DNA of 11,917 bases from Azolla caroliniana (lineage: Eukaryota > Plantae > Polypodiophyta), in assembly GCA_043228905.1 (NCBI GenBank), contig JBHGNT010001115.1, positions 1-11,917 of the forward strand. Direction: 5' to 3'. Shown piece after piece: positions 6,930 through 11,917 of the stretch. The notes beneath the pieces are model-generated. The model had not been told where the DNA came from. It ran no database searches and worked only from the letters and a program-made list of their open reading frames with translations. The first letter of the stretch is position 1; each line of letters starts with the position of its first letter. Position numbers and translations under genes: made by a program.

Positions 6930-9900
6930 ATGAAAGCCCCTCCCCCGCCTCCTTCCATCACCGAAGCAGATATAGAAACAGAAGAGAACGATGAGAAAGG
7001 ATCGAAAGAAAGAAGAAAGGCGGATAGAAACAGGAACAGGAACAGTGCTCTGAGTAGAGTCCCATTTTCGGAGCTCCAGCCATCTCTGTCTGGCTCTACC
7101 CTTCAAGTTTTGAAATCCCAAGGATTTCGTCTTGCTACCCCTGTTCAGGCAGCTACCATTCCTCTCCTTGTAAGCTACAAGGATGTCTCTGTAGATGCTG
7201 CTACAGGGTCTGGAAAAACTCTTGCTTTCCTTGTTCCCGTGGTGGAAATATTGCGTAGAATCTCGCCTCCCCTCGGCTCTTACCAGGTTTCAGTCTTCAA
7301 AATTGTAGTGCTTTCTTTGTTTTTTAATCTTTTCCTTTAGTAAAAGATGTGGTCTACACTTAAATAAGCAGTCTACTAAGTATGGGTTCATTAGGAATCT
7401 TTATGGTGTTTGACATCGTGCACCTCAGTGATTACAAGATACAAAGAGCAGGGGCATGGGTAGTCTGCCAACATTGTGGCATTGCATGTGGCTATAGGAC
7501 ACTGACATGGACATTTCTCGTTGGTCTCAAACGAGCAAGGGTTCTAGAAGGATGTATTATAGTGTTGGCATGTTGGCTTCTTATTGGTCAGAGACGAACT
7601 TAGCGGCATGGTAAGAAGCCTGATGATGTTTACATGTAGACCTCTCATTGTTCACAATAAAACAAGGGGCGTGGTAGGGATATTTGTTACATTGACATTA
7701 AGACAATTTTAGAGTCATTATGCTGGCAATTGATATGCAAAGTGGGCTAATAAAACAAGTGGGCGGTAAACGTTTCCTTTGAACAGTCCTAATATCACAT
7801 TGTGTTAACAATTGAAATGCAATAAAGGATAGCACAGATGGTGGTAGGGTAGGAAATCATCTCGTCTTTGCTAAAGGTATTGTTTCCTTTTATTTTAATT
7901 ACGATTATCCTTTTTATCAACCATTTTTAAAAATGGGAATCATTAACGACAAGTACAATGCTATAGTGAAAGGTTAAGACCAAACAGAACTTAATGATGA
8001 TGTAAAAGTTTAGCTTTCCTGCATGATGCAAAGCTTTCATGAGTGTAGATGCCAGATTTGTATGACTTTTGATAATCTGATGTTTTTTTCTTGGTACATT
8101 CTGTGTATGTATGTATAAAATTTGCTGAAGTTACGTGCTGTTGAACATCCTCATTTACTACAATTGATCTAGCCACTGAGTATACCCTTTATAGTAACTT
8201 TCAATACCTTCATATTGTTTATTTGTGTAGGTTGGGGCAATCATAGTATCACCAACCCGAGAGCTAGCATCCCAAATATATCATGTAGCAAAGCCATTTG
8301 TTAATGTGATACCGAATATCCGGCTCATGCTTCTTGTTGGTGGGACGGATGTGGCTGTTGATCTGAAGAAAGTAAATGAAAATGGTGTAAATATAATTGT
8401 TGGCACTCCTGGACGGATAGCTGACATAATGGAGCGTTCGTCTTTGGAACTTAAACTTCTTGAGGTATTTTTTATGCATTTTCTCATATATATCCTCAAA
8501 ATTTTGAAATAGTAGGATATTATGTTTGTATATCCTCAGATAGTGTAGAATATTATGTTTGTATACATTGAGATATTAGAATATTTTATTTGTATTTTTT
8601 GAGATGGTAGAATATTATAATGAGCTTGTATGAGTGATGAGAACAGGTTCTTATTTTGGATGAGGCAGATCGGCTGCTGGAAATGGGATTTCAGAGGCAA
8701 TTAACAACTATCATTTCTCGACTACCGAAACAAAGAAGAACAGGTCTTTTCTCAGCAACACAGACAGAGGCGGTGGAAGAGCTTGCAAAAGCAGGGCTGA
8801 GGAATCCTGTTCGTGTTGAAGTTAAGACAGAGATGAAGTCTGCATCATCAGCAATGAGTATGGATCAGAGCCTTTCATTCTCTAAAACACCATCCTCTCT
8901 TACTATTCAGGTATTTGGATATCTCTATATGAATGCTAGACATTTCTATTGTCGAGGTAATTATAAGTTGCTATATATGTGCAGTACTTAGAATGTGAGG
9001 GAGATGAGAAACCATCTCGGCTTGTTCAGCTTTTTCTTGAATTATCTTCTGCAAAAGTTATCGTGTAAGTTTCTGATAGGTCAACAAGGTTTGCTATTCC
9101 CAATGATTACTATTTTCAGCGACCAACTTATTAGTTTGTTGCAGGTATTTCATGACTTGTGCTTGTGTGGATTTTTGGGCGACTGTGCTTCCTTCATTAG
9201 AAAGCTTGAAAAAGATATGTATGATTTCCCTTCATGGAAGAATGAAGCAGGTAGGCACAGAAGTTTGTTTTTGTATCAACATAGCTTTGTACATGAAACT
9301 GGAAATTGATATCCATTATGAATGGATTCATCCTCTGATGCTTTCTTTGATCTAATCTACTTACCTTGGGGATGATTAATGATTCATTAGGAGGCACGAA
9401 TATTCAGGTTCTAATGATAATTCCTTTCCTTTTTGTATAGTCAGTACGAGAGAAAGCATTAGCTGAGTTTGCAAGTATGCAGTCTGGGATTCTGCTTTGT
9501 ACAGATGTTGCTGCTCGTGGTCTGGACATTCCAAATGTGGATTGGATCTTACAGGTAAATATGCCTATTCATTCAAATCATATGTTTTCCCCTGAATCCG
9601 TAAGAGACCTTTGTCACACAGCTGACAAGTATTTTTCTTATATTGCTTTTAACACAGTATGATCCACCTCAAGATCCAAATATGTTTGTCCATAGAGTGG
9701 GTCGTACAGCCCGAATGGGAAGATCAGGAAATGCACTTGTGTTTCTTTCACCCAAGGTTTTTCGTTTGCTTATAATTTGTCCTATATTCTGCAGTTAGGT
9801 TGACACACTTTTTGTATGCATGGTTGAATGATTCGTCATAAGATTGAGATGTGCCTTCTCATACAGGAAGATGCATATGTAGAATTTATGAAGATTCGGA

Positions 9901-11128
9901 AAGTACCGATTGAAAAAACAGAGAGAGAAAGCCCTTTTGAAGATGTTATTCCTATGGTTAGTATTTTAAACCATTGTGTGGAGGATTTTATAATTCAGCT
10001 AGATCTTAATATTCTGCTCAAAAGTGGAGATGAGAAATGACCCATTTAGGGATCATGCTGAATTTGGTCCCTATTAAGAATTATGATGTAAATAGGGATT
10101 TCAGTGCAGAGTCAATATCGATTTTATGCTCTAGAATAACTCTTGATTAATGATTACACCCAGTGCTTGTGTCATAGATAAGGGCAGCTGCCATGAAAGA
10201 TAGGGATGTTATGGAGAAAGGATTAAGGGCGTTTGTTTCTTTTATACGAGCTTACAAGGAGCATCAATGCACCTATATTTTTAGGTCAGCTTTTATCTTT
10301 CCCAGAGATATAGAGAACATTTAATGTATGACTTGATTTGCTATGGTATTTCAAAGCGGAGAAATGTTTAATTTGATCTTTTATGATACTTTCTAGGTGG
10401 AAAGAGCTGGATGTAGGGAAACTGGCAATGGGTTATGGGTTGCTTCAGCTTCCAACAATGTCAGAGCTAAAGCGTGGAACACTTTCAATTGAAAATTTTA
10501 AACCTATGGATGGCATTGATTTTATGGCAATTCGATACAAGTAATATGTTCTTAATATGCTTTCTTTTGTTTGCTTTGATAAACATAGTGCAAAATATGG
10601 CTATGAAGACAGAACGTTTTGCTATGACAAAGATAGTATAAATTTACATGAACTTGGATAATAAAAATGTTCTATAACAGAGATAAAGCACGAGAAAAGC
10701 AGCGTCAAAAGAAGCTCAAGGATCGGGAACTTCAAAGCCAAAACAATCTCCAGCAAAAAATGGGTGGTGGTGGTTCCAAAAGAGAAGAGTATATGAAGAA
10801 TGGTAAGAAAGAGAGGAGATTAACAAGTAAAAAACGCAAAGCTGCTCAGGACATTGAAGATGATATGGAGATGGAGGAGGAGTATCGTTTACTAAGGAAG
10901 ATCAAGAAAGGTCTGATCAGTGAAAGTGGTGAAATAGGTAGCGAGGAGGATTCTGAAAAGCTGAATGACAAAGAGAAACCAAGAAAAGTTGGAATGTATG
11001 TTAAGAAATTTAAAGGGAAAGACATCAAACTGAAACCGAAGGTCAAGAAGGAGCAGAGACAGAAAAAGAGAGATAAAAGCAAAACAAAGAAGAATCACTT
11101 GAAAAAATCTAGTCATCGTTCAAAGTAA
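6930..11128 (+). CDS. RH18: DEAD-box ATP-dependent RNA helicase 18-like (DDX55/Spb4 family), 11 exons, 680 aa
   Basis: Manual GT-AG splicing gives join(6930-7286,8231-8464,8647-8910,8985-9064,9145-9250,9441-9554,9658-9756,9867-9956,10178-10284,10397-10540,10681-11128) = 2043 nt, phase-consistent and ending in TAA. Motifs in order: Q-motif [85 protein letters not shown], then the Spb4-type C-terminal block [13 protein letters not shown]...FRWKELD and a Lys/Glu-rich tail. Confidence 0.95.
8505..8619. repeat. Degenerate ~31-33 bp minisatellite in intron 2 of RH18
   Basis: Units starting TAGRATATT begin at 8513, 8546, 8577 and 8608; the first three continue with a TTTGTAT block. Confidence 0.75.
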
Positions 11129-11248
11129 ACATAATTTCTAATTATCCATTCTCCATCATTGTTCATAAAGCCGAAGTCAAACTGTAGTGTCAACCTTGGC
11201 GATCTCTAGAAGTGTCTATGTTCTAATTTAACGATGTTACTGACCCAT

Positions 11249-11268
11249 CCCCCCCCCCCCCCCCCCCC
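11249..11268. repeat. C20 homopolymer 120 nt downstream of the RH18 stop codon
   Basis: Twenty consecutive C residues in an otherwise AT-rich context. Confidence 0.95.
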
Positions 11269-11917
11269 GCTCCACAATGATATATTTGAGGTAAAATTTT
11301 GGCAAATACTAACATTTTATTGTCTTGAGAAGCCTAGTTTGGGAAGTTTGTAAACCCTATGTTCAAGTTGAAATGAAAAGAAACAAATCTCATGATACCC
11401 TTTGCTTTTTCTGAATATTATTTATAGATCATCTCTTATTCCTGCATACGACCCCTGAGTGTTTTTTATATTTCGTTAAAAAAGGTCTACTCATACTTGT
11501 AGTGTCTTCACATTACCAATATGCTACTAACAAACTCAGCTGGTTTCATGCACAAAATAATAAAGTATTTGGGGTTAGTCAAATTGGGTCTTATTGTATT
11601 TTTTATGAGGAATTTGGGGTTGGTCAAATTGGTACTCTACCTCTAGAACAACTGTTTGAGATGTCCGCAATGTAATGATCAGGTTTACACCTATAGTATG
11701 CTTACGCCATGCAGATCTGAAACCCATTTTCAAATGACTAATTCTAGCTTTGAATGTCAAACTTATCCTTCTTTGCCCTAGTTCATCTGAAGTTTAGTGT
11801 GCTCAATAGTTTTTATTATTTTTAGCTGGAAGTAACTCTTAACGATTAAAGGTTACTTGGGGGACACATTAAATTTTAATAAAACACCATTTGATAATGG
11901 TTTATCATATGTTTACC

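Noticed and set aside
6504-7121. Overlapping ORFs with repeated peptides upstream of and antisense to RH18
   Set aside because: They are translations of the 51-bp repeat and the GAA tract, or antisense of exon 1.
7382-7603. 73-aa ORF in intron 1 with a CQHC motif
   Set aside because: No domain support, and RH18 splices in frame without it.
10846-11116. Hydrophobic minus-strand ORFs
   Set aside because: They are the antisense reading of the Lys/Glu-rich last exon.
11352-11359. Single telo-box AAACCCTA
   Set aside because: It is downstream of the gene, not in the promoter, and one 8-mer is expected by chance.
11567-11858. 21-bp direct repeat (11567-11587 / 11612-11632, 20/21) and a small hairpin (11830-11858)
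   Set aside because: Real but short, with no TSD, TIR or Helitron CTRR end to give them meaning within the window.

Overview
Land-plant nuclear DNA; fern or another seed-free plant is plausible from the PPR and LINE remnants, but that is inference. The right part holds one intact 11-exon gene (6930-11128, +) for a 680-aa DEAD-box RNA helicase of the RH18/DDX55/Spb4 family (60S ribosome biogenesis). The left 6.8 kb is mostly decayed transposable elements and repeats. It contains a near-identical 295-bp tandem duplication, a decayed LINE reverse-transcriptase remnant, a 5'-truncated Ty1/copia element (RT-RNaseH, PPT, 3' LTR) with a short plant telomere tract inside, AT-rich minisatellites and a Mutator-TIR-like 51-bp repeat next to the helicase start. 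The LINE remnant is split by a 742-bp non-autonomous hAT-type element (25-bp TIRs, 8-bp TSD) that carries a fragment of a PLS-class PPR gene. No wholly new biological system can be demonstrated from the sequence alone. The best leads are the PPR-carrying Pack-hAT element and the telomere-repeat insertion. All alignments were done by eye; family consensus motifs are recalled, not searched.
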